From: an uncultured Pseudomonadota bacterium
GTDB taxonomy: Bacteria; Pseudomonadota; Gammaproteobacteria; Burkholderiales; CAIKXV01
DNA length: 64,000 bases
Reading direction: 5' to 3'
Assembly: GCA_903831455.1 (NCBI GenBank)
Contig: CAIKXV010000168.1
Coordinates: 5,116 to 69,115, forward strand
Position 1 is the stretch's first letter. Every line of letters starts with the position of its first letter. A program made the position numbers and the translations under genes. Positions 20,812 to 35,435 of this stretch are shown one piece after another. Under the pieces are notes generated by a model, which was not told the DNA's origin, searched no databases, and saw only the letters and a program-made list of their open reading frames with translations.

Positions 20812-21944
20812 GAGCGGTTGAGCTTGCGGTTGGTGGAGATGCTCATCAGCAGCCCGAATCCGAAGAACACGCTCACGAGCGCGGTGCCGCCATAGCTGAT
20901 GAGCGGCAGGGGCACGCCGACCACCGGGAGGATCCCCGCGACCATGCCCATGTTCACGAAGGCATAGGTGAAGAAGGTCATCGCGATCGAGCCGCCGACC
21001 AGCCGGGCGAACAGCGTGGGCGCATTGAGGGTGATCACCAGGCCGCGGCCGATCACCAGCAGGAACATCAGCAGCAGCAGCGCGTTGCCGAACAGGCCGA
21101 ACTCCTCGGAATACACCGCGAAGATGAAGTCGGTGGTGCGTTCCGGCAGGAAGTCGAGGTGGGTCTGCGTTCCCTGCAGCCAACCCTTGCCGAACCAGCC
21201 GCCGGAGCCGACCGCGATCGTGGACTGGATGGTGTGGTAACCCGCCCCCAGGGGGTCCTGCGCGGGGTCGAGCAGGATCATCACCCGCGTGCGCTGGTAG
21301 TCGTGCATCACGCTCCAGAGCAGCGGCAGGGCGGCCACGCCGAGTCCGGCGAGCGCGAAGATCACCTTCCACGGCAGGCCGGCGAGGAAGAGCACGTAGC
21401 AGCCCGAGGCCGCGATGAGCAGCGCGGTGCCCAGGTCGGGTTGCCGCGCGATCAGGGCCACCGGCAGGATGAAGAGCAGGGCGGCGATCGCGTAGTTGCG
21501 CAGCCTGAGCGACGACTCGTAGCGATCGAAGTACCAGGCGAGCGCCAGCGGAAGCGCGAGTTTCATGAGTTCCGAGGGCTGCAGGCTGATGAACCCGAGG
21601 TCCAGCCAGCGGCGGGCGCCGTTGCGCACGTCGCCGAACAGCGCGACGGCGACCAGCAGCACCAGCGCGGCCAGGTAGGCCGGCATCGCCAGGCGCATCA
21701 GTTGCGCGATCGGGATGTTCGCCGCGATCCACATGACCGCGAAGGCCACGCCGAGGTTGAAGAGCTTGTTCTCCATGCGGTCGAAGCTCTGGTTCGACGC
21801 GCTGTAGAGGGTGACCATCCCGGCGACGACGAGCAGCATGACGGCGGCCATCAGCGGGCCGTCGATGTGGGCGGTCGCGCGCCGCCAGAGGGTTTCAACC
21901 GCGCGGAGCATGGCGTGCGGGTGCTGTGGCCGCGGCTTCGGCAT
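20808..21944 (-). CDS. rodA: Peptidoglycan glycosyltransferase RodA (SEDS family)
   Basis: 378-aa polytopic ORF. IDGPLMAAVMLLVVAGMVTLYSAS, PSELMKLALPLALAWY, ILPVVGVPLPLISYGGTA. The start may be the internal Met at 21911. Confidence 0.92.
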   Translation of the reverse strand: MPKPRPQHPHAMLRAVETLWRRATAHIDGPLMAAVMLLVVAGMVTLYSASNQSFDRMENKLFNLGVAFAVMWIAANIPIAQLMRLAMPAYLAALVLLVAVALFGDVRNGARRWLDLGFISLQPSELMKLALPLALAWYFDRYESSLRLRNYAIAALLFILPVALIARQPDLGTALLIAASGCYVLFLAGLPWKVIFALAGLGVAALPLLWSVMHDYQRTRVMILLDPAQDPLGAGYHTIQSTIAVGSGGWFGKGWLQGTQTHLDFLPERTTDFIFAVYSEEFGLFGNALLLLMFLLVIGRGLVITLNAPTLFARLVGGSIAMTFFTYAFVNMGMVAGILPVVGVPLPLISYGGTALVSVFFGFGLLMSISTNRKLNRS

Positions 21945-23808
21945 CGACGGGCCGCACCGGGGTGCCCAGCAGGTAGAAGTCGATCACCGAGCGTGCGAGC
22001 GGGGCCGCGTTGGCACCGCCCCCCCCGGCGTTCTCGAGCAGGACGGCGAGTGCGATCCGAGGCTCGTCGGCGGGCGCGTAGGCGACGTAGAGCGCGTGGT
22101 CGCGATGGCGCTCGTCGATCTTGCTCGCGTCGTACTTCTGCCCCTGGCGGATCGCGATCACCTGCGAGGTGCCGGTCTTGCCCCCGACGGTGTAGGCGGC
22201 GCCCGCGAAGGCCCGGTGTCCGGTACCCCCCGGCATGTTCACGTCGACCATCGCGCGATGCACGATGTCCCAGTTCTGCGAGCGGAAGTCGAGCCGGCGC
22301 ACCGCCTCCGCCAGCACCGGGCGATGGGCCTGGGTCGTGGCGTCCTGGATGCTGTTGACCAGGTGCGGCCGGTAGACCGTGCCGCGGTTGGCGACGATGG
22401 CCGTCGCATTGGCCAGCTGCAGCAGGGTGGTGATGTTGTAGCCCTGCCCGATCGACACCGAGATGGTGTCCCCGGTGAACCATTTCTGGCGGAAGCGTCG
22501 CTGCTTCCATTCGGGCGAGGGGTTGATGCCGATCGCCTCGCCGGCGAGGTCGATGCCGGTGCGCGCGCCGAAGCCGAAGTGGCGCATGAAGCCGGCGATG
22601 GCATCGATGCCCATCTCGAAGGCGAGCTGGTAGTAGTAGGTGTCGCAGGAGATCACGATCGACTGGTGCATGTTCACCGAGCCGTGCCCCCCCGGTTTCC
22701 AGTCGCGGTACTGGTGGGAGCTGCCGGGCAGCATGAAGAAGCCCGGGTCGTTGATCGAGTACTGCGGGGTGCGACGTCCGAGTTCCAGCGCGGCCAGCGC
22801 CATGAACGGCTTGTAGGTGGAGCCGGGCGGATACTGTCCGTGCAGCGCCCGGTTGACCATCGGCCGGTCGGGGTGGGTGTTGAGCTCGCTCCAGGTCTGC
22901 GGGTCGATCCCGTCGATGAACAGGTTGGGATCGAAGCCGGGCATGCTCACGAAGGCGAGCACGCCGCCGGTGGAGGGCTCGATGGTGACCAGCGCCCCGC
23001 GACGGCCGCCGAAGGCCTGCTCGGCCGCCTGCTGCAGCCGGAGATCCAGGTGCAGACGCAGGTTGTTCCCCGACACCGGCGGGGTGCGCGAGAGCGTGCG
23101 GATCGCCCGCCCGCCGGAGTCGACCTCCACCTGCGCCATGCCGGTGATGCCGTGCAGTTCGCGCTCGTAGGTCTGCTCGAGTCCGGTCTTGCCGATGTGC
23201 TCGGACCCCCGGTAGTTGGCGATCAGGCCATCTTCTTCCAGACGCTCGACGTCCTTCTTGTTGATGCGGCCGATGTAGCCGACCACGTGGGAGGCGAGCG
23301 TGCCGTTCGGGTAGCGCCTGAACAGCCGCGCGTTGATCTCCACGCCGGGAAAGCGGAAGCGGTTGGCGGCGAAGCGGGCGATCTCCTCGTCCGAGAGCCG
23401 GGTCCGGATCGGGATGGCGGAGAGCTGTCGCGATTCGTCGAGCAGCCGCTTGAACCGCCGCCGGTCGCGGGGCGCGATCTCGATGATGCCCGCCAGGGCG
23501 TCGATGGTGGCTTCGAGGTCGCCCGCCCGGGCCGGATCGATCTCCAGCGTGTAGGCGGTGTAGTTGTGCGCCAGCACCGCGCCGTGGCGGTCGAGGATCA
23601 GGCCGCGGTTGGGCACGACCGGCACCAGCGAGATGCGGTTGGCTTCGGCCTGGGTGAGGTAGTAGTCGTGCTGTACCACCTGCAGCCAGAAGAATCGCCC
23701 GAGCAGCACTGCGAACAGCACCAGCACGAACACGCCGGCGACGGCGACGCGCCGCCGGAATTCGGACATCTCGCCTTCGAGGTTCCTCAGTTCGATGTAC
23801 TGGGCCAT
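21895..23808 (-). CDS. mrdA: Penicillin-binding protein 2 (elongasome transpeptidase)
   Basis: In ORF 21895..24033 starting MAQYIELRNLEGEMSEFRRR. SxxK (GSTYKPF) and KTG (GGKTGTSQV) motifs. Confidence 0.92.
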   Translation of the reverse strand: MAQYIELRNLEGEMSEFRRRVAVAGVFVLVLFAVLLGRFFWLQVVQHDYYLTQAEANRISLVPVVPNRGLILDRHGAVLAHNYTAYTLEIDPARAGDLEATIDALAGIIEIAPRDRRRFKRLLDESRQLSAIPIRTRLSDEEIARFAANRFRFPGVEINARLFRRYPNGTLASHVVGYIGRINKKDVERLEEDGLIANYRGSEHIGKTGLEQTYERELHGITGMAQVEVDSGGRAIRTLSRTPPVSGNNLRLHLDLRLQQAAEQAFGGRRGALVTIEPSTGGVLAFVSMPGFDPNLFIDGIDPQTWSELNTHPDRPMVNRALHGQYPPGSTYKPFMALAALELGRRTPQYSINDPGFFMLPGSSHQYRDWKPGGHGSVNMHQSIVISCDTYYYQLAFEMGIDAIAGFMRHFGFGARTGIDLAGEAIGINPSPEWKQRRFRQKWFTGDTISVSIGQGYNITTLLQLANATAIVANRGTVYRPHLVNSIQDATTQAHRPVLAEAVRRLDFRSQNWDIVHRAMVDVNMPGGTGHRAFAGAAYTVGGKTGTSQVIAIRQGQKYDASKIDERHRDHALYVAYAPADEPRIALAVLLENAGGGGANAAPLARSVIDFYLLGTPVRPVDAEAAATAPARHAPRG

Positions 23809-23827
23809 TGCGTTCGCCTGGCGCGGA

Positions 23828-24343
23828 TCAGATCGGGTGCTCGGGATCGACCCGCGGCCGCTGCGGCAGCAGCAGCACGGCCCACACCAGCGGCCACAGC
23901 AGGGCGCCGGTGACCGGCGGCACCAGCCACGTCCAGCCCGGGCTTGCGGCGCCGCTGGCCAGGTTGACCAGCAGCACCACGACCTGGGCGACCAGCAGCA
24001 CCGGCAGGATCTGCAGCACGTGCTTGTCGGCACTGAACATGCGCAGGCGCCGGCGCAGCAGGGTCGCGGAGTAGGCGATGACCGCGTAGGCGAGCGCGTG
24101 CTGCCCGAACAGGCTGGCCTGCCCGATATCCATCGCCAGCCCGAAGGCGAATGCGGTCCCGAAGCCCACGCGCTGAGGCTCCCGCACGATCCAGAACAGC
24201 AGCGCGAGTGCGGTGAAATCCGGACGGATGGCTGCGAGCCAGCCCGCCCAGGGCAGCAGGTTGAGCAGCAGTGCCGCGACCAGCGTGGCCCACAGGAAGA
24301 GGGGCTTGACCGGCAGCAGGAGTTCCTGGCGGGGGGCGGCCAC
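23828..24343 (-). CDS. mreD: Rod shape-determining protein MreD
   Basis: 171-aa hydrophobic ORF between mreC and mrdA, with an MreD-like pattern (RPDFTALALLFWIV...FGLAMD). Confidence 0.88.
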   Translation of the reverse strand: MAAPRQELLLPVKPLFLWATLVAALLLNLLPWAGWLAAIRPDFTALALLFWIVREPQRVGFGTAFAFGLAMDIGQASLFGQHALAYAVIAYSATLLRRRLRMFSADKHVLQILPVLLVAQVVVLLVNLASGAASPGWTWLVPPVTGALLWPLVWAVLLLPQRPRVDPEHPI

Positions 24344-24345
24344 GG

Positions 24346-25248
24346 TCAGCCTGCCTTCTTCGCGCGTCGGCGGGCGGCCGGCGGCGGATCATCCATGCCG
24401 GGATTCGCGGTCTCCGGCGCGGGCTGCGCCAGGATCAGCACCTGGCGATAACGATTCACGCCGGTGGCGGGTCGTGCGGCCACCCGGGCGAACATCTGCG
24501 CCGCATCGCGTTCCACTTCCTCGACGAGTGCTACCGGGAGGCCCGCGGGGTAGGTGCCGTCGATGCCCGAGGTGACCAGCCGATCGCCGGCCTGGATGTC
24601 GGCCGAGAACGGCATGAAGCGAAGCTCCAGTCGCCCGTCCGATCCGGTGCCGTAGAGCACCCCTCGCACGCCGCTGCGCATCACCTGCACCGGGACGATC
24701 ATGTCCTTGTCGGTGATCAGCGTGACCCGGCTAGACCACGGGAACACTCGCGTGACCTGGCCCACCAGCCCCTCCGCATCGACGACCGGATGGCCCTCGG
24801 CCACGCCAGCCGAGCTGCCTTTGTCGACGATGACGCGGCGGGTGAACGGATCGCGGTGCGAGTAGACGATCTCGGCGAACAGCGCGCCGGGCGGTCGCGT
24901 CGAGCGGCTGTCGAGCAGGGTGCGCAGGCGCGCGTTCTCCTGCTCGAGTGCCTCCAGGCGCAGCAGGGCCGCCTGGTTGACCAGGTTCTGCTGCTCGAGC
25001 ACGCCATTGCGCACCGCCAGCTGGGACTGCGTGGTGAAGAATCCGGCGACCCGCGCGGACAGCCACCCCGGCAACAATGCGATCTGCTGCAGAGGGTGCA
25101 CGATCACCGCAACCGCCCGCTGCAGGTGGACGAGGTACCCGAACCGGCCATCGGCCGCGATCAGGGCGAGCGCGAGCGAGACGGCGAGCAGGAAGCGGGC
25201 GAGCGGGGTGGGGCCGCGATGGAAGAAGGGCTGCTGGACGTTTTCCAT
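24346..25248 (-). CDS. mreC: Rod shape-determining protein MreC
   Basis: 300 aa. N-terminal TM helix, coiled coil (ENARLRTLL), beta-barrel repeats, and Pro/Ala-rich tail. Context mreB-mreC-mreD. Confidence 0.92.
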   Translation of the reverse strand: MENVQQPFFHRGPTPLARFLLAVSLALALIAADGRFGYLVHLQRAVAVIVHPLQQIALLPGWLSARVAGFFTTQSQLAVRNGVLEQQNLVNQAALLRLEALEQENARLRTLLDSRSTRPPGALFAEIVYSHRDPFTRRVIVDKGSSAGVAEGHPVVDAEGLVGQVTRVFPWSSRVTLITDKDMIVPVQVMRSGVRGVLYGTGSDGRLELRFMPFSADIQAGDRLVTSGIDGTYPAGLPVALVEEVERDAAQMFARVAARPATGVNRYRQVLILAQPAPETANPGMDDPPPAARRRAKKAG

Positions 25249-25315
25249 TCAGCTCGCCGGCGGCGGGGCGATCAGGCGGTTCCGGGGATGGAGACGGGCG
25301 TCTGCACCGGTGTGT

Positions 25316-29965
<4,650 letters not shown>

Positions 29966-29988
<23 letters not shown>

Positions 29989-31642
29989 AGCCTGCTGCGC
30001 TGGCGATTGGCCCGCTGAATCCGGGCAGGTCGATCCAGACCTCGGTGGTGCCGGCCCGGTGGGAGGCTCCGGCCTCGCCCCCATGCGCACGGGCGATCGA
30101 CCGCACCAGCGCAAGTCCCAGGCCGAGTCCGGCGCTCTCCGGGTCGCGTGCGCGCGCGGCATCGGCGCGCCAGAAGCGGTCGAACATCCGGGCGAGGGTC
30201 TCGTCGGACAGTGCGTCCCCGGCGTTACGCACGCAGACCCGTACGCCGGGTCGAGGGTCGCATGGCGCGCGCGCACTCAGGACGTCCGCTGCGGCTTGCA
30301 CCGCAACGCCTCCCATGGCGCCGCCCGGCGTCCCGCTGATCGAGATCGTCACCGAGGTGCCTGCGTGCGCATGGCGGATCGCGTTCGACACCAGGTTGGA
30401 CAGTGCGCGCGCCAGCAGGCCGCGGTCACCCGGTGCCTGCGAATCGCCCCTGACCTCCAGCGATAGCCCGCGATCGGCGGCTGGACCTTCGTGGAACTCC
30501 GCAACCTGCCGGGCCAGCGCGGCGAGCGGTACCGTGTTCGCCATGGGGGGCAGCAGTCCGTTCTCTGCCTTTGCCAGCAGGAGCATGTCGGACACCATCC
30601 GCGACAGTCGCTCCAACCCCTGCGCATTGGCCAGCAGCGCCTCGCGGTAGCCCGCGGCATCGCGCGGCCGGGCCAGCACTACCTGCGTCTGCGTGATCAG
30701 CCCGGTGACCGGCGTACGCATCTCGTGCGCGAGATCGGAGGACAGGGCGGTCAGTCGATCGAACGCCGCCTCGAGTCGCGCCAGCATCGTGTTGAGCTGG
30801 GCTGCGAGTTCGCCCACCTCCACAGGAAGATCCTGTACCGGAAGACGACGGTCGAGCTGCTGCGCAGTCACTCGCTCGGCAGCCTTGCCCAGGGTGCGCA
30901 GCGGGGCGAGGCCGCGACGGGCCGCCGCCCAGCCGAGCAAGCCCATGGCGACCACGGCGGTGGCGACGAAACCCCAGAGTGCCCGCCGCAGGGAGGCGAG
31001 GTAGTGCTCGTGGTGGGCAGTGTCCACGCCGACCGATACGATCGCCGCCGGCGTACCCGGCAGGTTGGTGGGAAGTACGCGCGCGAGCCCGCGGAAGGTC
31101 ACGCCCTCGTATGACCAGCGCAGCAGGGCCAGCGGCGGGGGACCCCCACTGGGGCTGCTGGCGCCGTGGCGGTGCTCGCGCGGGATCGCGGGATCCGCCC
31201 ATCTCGTGAGTCCGGGCGTCTCGGTGGTTGCCGCCATCACGGCTGCGGAGGCGGCTGCAGGTTGCAGCGCCGCGCCTGCGAGGTTGCTGAACCAGAGCTG
31301 ACCGTCGGGGCCGTCTACCCGAAGCGCGATGTCGTCATGGCCTTGCAGCACCATCGCCAGCCGCGCGTCGATCGCGGCCAGATCGAGCGGAGGACGGATA
31401 TCCGCCAGGGCGACACGCACCAGTTCCAGTTTGTCCTCGGCCAGCTGGAGGTCGAGCTCGACGAAGTGCCTGTCCACCGAACCGGCCATGAACTGCCCGA
31501 GCGCCAGGAGCACGGTGGTGGAGGCTGCGGCGAACAGCAGCGACAGGCGCAGCGTGAGCGAGGCGCGGACGCGCCGCGGCGCCCGTTCGTCCTCCCCGGC
31601 AGCCCCGGCTGCATCCCGCCCGCCGTTCGCCTCGCCGTTCAC
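29966..31642 (-). CDS. Heavy-metal sensor histidine kinase (CusS/CzcS family)
   Basis: 558 aa. Two TM helices flank a periplasmic sensor, then HAMP, H-box [14 protein letters not shown]-box [12 protein letters not shown] and G-box. The start overlaps the regulator stop. Confidence 0.85.
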
Positions 31643-32319
31643 CCCTCCGCCTCCAGCACGTAGCCCATGCCACGCAGCGTGCGGATCAGCTTGTGCTCGA
31701 AGCCGTCGTCGATCTTGGCGCGCAGTCGCCGTATCGCCACCTCGACCACGTTGGTGTCGCTGTCGAAGTTCATGTCCCAGACCTCGGCGGCGATCAGCGA
31801 GCGCGGCAGCACCTCTCCGCGGCGGCGCAGAAGCAGCTCCAGCAGCGCGAATTCCTTCGCGGTGAGGTCGATGCGGCGGCCGGAGCGCACGGCGCGGCGG
31901 CGGACGAGATCCAGCTCGAGATCGGCCACCGAGAGACGCGTGGTCTCGGCGCGCGGCTCGCCCCGGCGCAGCAGGGTGCGTACGCGGGCAAGCAGCTCCG
32001 TGAACGCGAACGGCTTGACCAGATAGTCGTCAGCCCCGGACTCCAGTCCGTGCACCCGGTCGGCAACGGCGTCGCGAGCGGTCAGGTGCAGCACCGGCAT
32101 CTGCACGCCGGCCGCGCGCAGCGCCTTGACCAGCGCGAAGCCATCCAGCCTGGGGAGCATCACGTCGACGATTGCCAGATCGATGCCACCCTCGAGCAGC
32201 CGGTGCAGGCCGTCTGCGCCGTCGACGCTGAGTTCGACCGCGAAGCCGGCCTCGCCCAGCCCTCGGGCCAGATACTCCCCGGTGGTGCGGTCGTCTTCGA
32301 CGATCAGGATACGCGGCAT
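31639..32319 (-). CDS. Heavy-metal response regulator (OmpR family, CusR/CzcR-like)
   Basis: 226 aa. [10 protein letters not shown]...[14 protein letters not shown] receiver and winged-helix output ([15 protein letters not shown]...[11 protein letters not shown]). Confidence 0.9.
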   Translation of the reverse strand: MPRILIVEDDRTTGEYLARGLGEAGFAVELSVDGADGLHRLLEGGIDLAIVDVMLPRLDGFALVKALRAAGVQMPVLHLTARDAVADRVHGLESGADDYLVKPFAFTELLARVRTLLRRGEPRAETTRLSVADLELDLVRRRAVRSGRRIDLTAKEFALLELLLRRRGEVLPRSLIAAEVWDMNFDSDTNVVEVAIRRLRAKIDDGFEHKLIRTLRGMGYVLEAEG

Positions 32320-32403
32320 CGAGGCGGCAAGCTTGGGATGGGCGATGGTGGTGCCGCCGATTCTGCCCGACCGCGGTTCGGCGACGAGGTCTGGCGGAGT
32401 GTC

Positions 32404-32423
32404 GGATTACCGTAATGTAATCC
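32404..32423. promoter_or_regulatory. Inverted repeat in the divergent regulator/efflux promoter region (candidate heavy-metal response-regulator box)
   Basis: GGATTAC-cgtaat-GTAATCC, perfect 7-bp arms that also read as TTAC-N6-GTAAT. It lies between the response regulator start (32319) and the OMF gene, in the only AT-rich patch of the spacer. Confidence 0.55.
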
Positions 32424-32433
32424 GCGGGTCAGC

Positions 32434-33717
32434 GTGGCGTCGGGGCGGCGAGGGCATGCTCTCGCCATGGAGCAGACGACAGGGACCGGCGTCAGCCGTT
32501 ACATCGGGCAAGGGGTGAGCCTTGCCGCGTTGGCTGCCGCATGCGCCACGCTCGTTGCGCTCGCGCCGCCGGCGGGCGCGCAGACGCTGGGCGAGGCGGT
32601 GGCGCGCGCCGCGGCGCTGGATCCGGCGATCACTACCTTGCGTGCGCGCGGCGGCGAGGTCGATGCCAGCCGGACGGTGGCCGGGGCGCTCTTTCCCGCA
32701 CCGCCGGCGTTGGCCGCCAGCCTTCGTCGCGACCGTCCGGACCAGAACCTCGGGCGAAACGAGGTGGACGTGGACGTCGGCCTGCCGCTGTGGTTGCCCG
32801 GACAGCGAGACCTGCGCGCGCGGCTGGCCGAGCGCGAGGGCGAAGAGCTTGCCACGGCGCTCGCCGAGGTCCACTGGCAGCTCGCCGGTCGGGTGCGCGA
32901 GGCCTGGTGGGCGCTGGCTGCGGCGCGTGCGGAGGCTGCCGCTGCACAGCGCCGGACGGCGACGCTCGTCCGTATCGAGGCCGATATCGCGCGGCGGGTC
33001 GCCGCTGGCGTACTCGCACGCGCTGACCTTCTCCTGGCGCAGGCCGAGGTCGCCGGCGCGCGGGCGGCAGCCGACTCCGCCGCAATGCGTGTCGAGGCGG
33101 CCACTCGCGCATGGCAGGCGCTGACCGGCGATACGGTGGCGCCCGCGCATGCGCGCGAAGCCGGGGTAGCGGCGCCAGCCGACGGCGACGCGCATCCGGC
33201 GCTCTCCGGAGCGCGGAGCCGGGTCGAACTTGCCCGGGCGCAGCTCTCACTGGCCGTGGGCGTGCGTCGCGATCCGCCCGAGTTGGCGCTGCAGCACCGC
33301 AGCGACCGCGACGGGTACGGCGCCGACTACCGGAACACGGTGCGCGTGGCGCTGCGGATACCGTTGGGCACCGACGCCCGTAACGCGCCGCGGATCGCCG
33401 CGGCGGGGACCGCGCTGGCGCAGGCCGAGGCGATCCTGCTGCACCTGCGCAGGCGCCTCGATGTCGATCGCGCGCATGCGCTGGCGGCGCTCGATGCCGC
33501 CGAGCGGCAGGTGCGACTGGCCAGCGATCGGTTGGCGCTCGCGCGCGAGCATGAGGCCCTGGTCGAACGCGCCTTCGCCATGGGCGAGCAGTCGCTGGTG
33601 GCGCTTCTGCGCTCCGCCGCGCTGCGCGAGGATGCACAGGCCGAGACCGAGCGCGCGGAGATCGGCGTGGGCCTCATGCGCTCGCGGTTGGCCCAGGTCT
33701 CCGGAGTGATGCCATGA
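32434..33717 (+). CDS. TolC-family outer membrane efflux protein (CzcC/CusC-like)
   Basis: 427 aa. Signal peptide then the alpha-helical Ala/Arg/Leu-rich repeats typical of OMF proteins. Translationally coupled to the MFP gene. The start may be the internal Met at 32467. Confidence 0.8.
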   Translation: MASGRRGHALAMEQTTGTGVSRYIGQGVSLAALAAACATLVALAPPAGAQTLGEAVARAAALDPAITTLRARGGEVDASRTVAGALFPAPPALAASLRRDRPDQNLGRNEVDVDVGLPLWLPGQRDLRARLAEREGEELATALAEVHWQLAGRVREAWWALAAARAEAAAAQRRTATLVRIEADIARRVAAGVLARADLLLAQAEVAGARAAADSAAMRVEAATRAWQALTGDTVAPAHAREAGVAAPADGDAHPALSGARSRVELARAQLSLAVGVRRDPPELALQHRSDRDGYGADYRNTVRVALRIPLGTDARNAPRIAAAGTALAQAEAILLHLRRRLDVDRAHALAALDAAERQVRLASDRLALAREHEALVERAFAMGEQSLVALLRSAALREDAQAETERAEIGVGLMRSRLAQVSGVMP

Positions 33718-35426
33718 ACCCGACCTCGGCGAAGCCTGCCACCTCCACCCGCGTCCGATGGGCGATCCCCCTGTCGGTCCTCGCCGTCGTCCTGGCCCTC
33801 GGGATGGCTTCGCCCCGCGCGCATGCACATGCGGATCCGGCGCCCACGGCTGCGAGCGCGGCGCCGCTCGAGCCGCGGGTCGAGGCGTCGTCTTCCGACG
33901 TCGAAATGATCGCACGGGTCGAGGGTGGCCGGCTGGCGGTGTACGTGGCCCGCTTCGCCACGCTGGAGCCACTCGCGGGTGCGACGGTGACTGTCGAGGG
34001 GGGAGGGCGTTCAGCGAGCGGCACCACCGATGTGCTCGGGCTGGTCCGACTGGAGCTGCCGTGGCTCGCCGCGCCGGGCCAGTACCCGCTGCTCTTCACG
34101 GTCGCTGCGGGCGAGGTCAACGACCTGCTGACGGCTACGCTCGACATCCCGCCCCCGGAGGCTGGGGACGTTGCGCCAGTCTGGCGTGTCCTGCTCGCGC
34201 CGACGGCAGTCGGTGGCGCCGCGGTCGGTATCGTGTTCGGGCTCGTCCTGGGCGTGCTCGCCACCTGGGCGATCGGCCGCCGTCGACGTCACGCGAGGGC
34301 GGGCCGGGCAGCCCATGCGGGGCTGGTGGTTCTGGTGGTGCCCGGACTGGCAGCCGCCCTGCTGGCGTCGATCGGCTGGGTGCCTTCCGCGCAGGCCCAC
34401 GATTCGATGCCAGCCAAGGCCGCGGCGAGCAGTCGGTCACCGGTGCGGCTCGCCGATGGCAGCGTGCTCGTGCCGGTACTTGCGCAGAGGGTGCTGGGGT
34501 TACGCACGGTCGAGGCGGCACCCGCCATCGTCGGGGTGCCGGTTGAACTGGCCGGCACCGTGCTCGTTGATCCATCGGCCAGTGGTCGTGTGCAGGCGCC
34601 CGTGGCCGGCCGGATCGAACCGGGGCCGCGTGGGTTGCCGACGCCGGGCATGACGGTGTCCCGGGGAGAGACGCTCGCATGGCTGGTGCCCACCGTCACG
34701 CCCCTGGAGCGCGGGACGCAGCAGGCGCAGATCGCTGACCTCGAGACGCAGATCGAGGTCGCGCGAGCGCGGGTCGCGCGATACGACCAACTCGAGGGCA
34801 GTCTGCCCCAGCGCGACATCGACCAGGCGCGAACCGACCTCGCCGGACTGGAGAGGCGCCGGTCTGCACTCGCCGCGCCGATGGGTGCGCGAGTGGCGCT
34901 GACTGCGCCCGTTCGCGGCGTCGTCAGTACCGTGGCGATCGCCAGTGGCCAGATGGTCGATGCCCGCGACCTGCTCGTGCAGATCAGCGATCCGACCCGG
35001 CTGCTGGTCGAGGCGCTGGCCTACGACGCACGACTTGCGAAGGCGATCGCGGAAGCCTCGGCAGTGACTGCCGACGGCACCGCCGTGAAGCTGCTGCCGT
35101 TGGGAGCAGCCGGCGAGCTGCGTCAGCAGGCGTTGCCCCTGCTCTTCCGCGTCGCCGGGAGTGCGGCCCTGGCCATCGGACAGCCTGTCCGGGTGATCGT
35201 GCAGACGTCGCGCAGTGCTAGCGGCTACGTGCTGCCGGCCGCCAGCATCGTGCGGACCGGCAACGGCGAGCCGGTGGTGTGGGTCAAGACCGGCGGCGAA
35301 CGCTTCGATCCGCGGCGCGTGGAGGCGCGCGCGCTGGACGCCGGCCGAGTGGTCGCCACCGGCGGACTGGCCGAAGGCGACCGGGTCGTGGTGATCGGTG
35401 CGAGCCTGCTGTCGCAGGTCCGCTAG
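33714..35426 (+). CDS. Efflux RND periplasmic adaptor (MFP) with atypical ~230-aa N-terminal extension
   Basis: 570 aa. Residues ~240-570 look like a CusB/CzcB-type adaptor (lipoyl/hairpin/beta-barrel pattern, ...GDRVVVIGASLLSQ). Residues 1-230 add a signal/TM helix, a ~115-aa periplasmic segment and two further TM helices. Confidence 0.8.
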   Translation: MNPTSAKPATSTRVRWAIPLSVLAVVLALGMASPRAHAHADPAPTAASAAPLEPRVEASSSDVEMIARVEGGRLAVYVARFATLEPLAGATVTVEGGGRSASGTTDVLGLVRLELPWLAAPGQYPLLFTVAAGEVNDLLTATLDIPPPEAGDVAPVWRVLLAPTAVGGAAVGIVFGLVLGVLATWAIGRRRRHARAGRAAHAGLVVLVVPGLAAALLASIGWVPSAQAHDSMPAKAAASSRSPVRLADGSVLVPVLAQRVLGLRTVEAAPAIVGVPVELAGTVLVDPSASGRVQAPVAGRIEPGPRGLPTPGMTVSRGETLAWLVPTVTPLERGTQQAQIADLETQIEVARARVARYDQLEGSLPQRDIDQARTDLAGLERRRSALAAPMGARVALTAPVRGVVSTVAIASGQMVDARDLLVQISDPTRLLVEALAYDARLAKAIAEASAVTADGTAVKLLPLGAAGELRQQALPLLFRVAGSAALAIGQPVRVIVQTSRSASGYVLPAASIVRTGNGEPVVWVKTGGERFDPRRVEARALDAGRVVATGGLAEGDRVVVIGASLLSQVR

Positions 35427-35435
35427 GGACACTCC

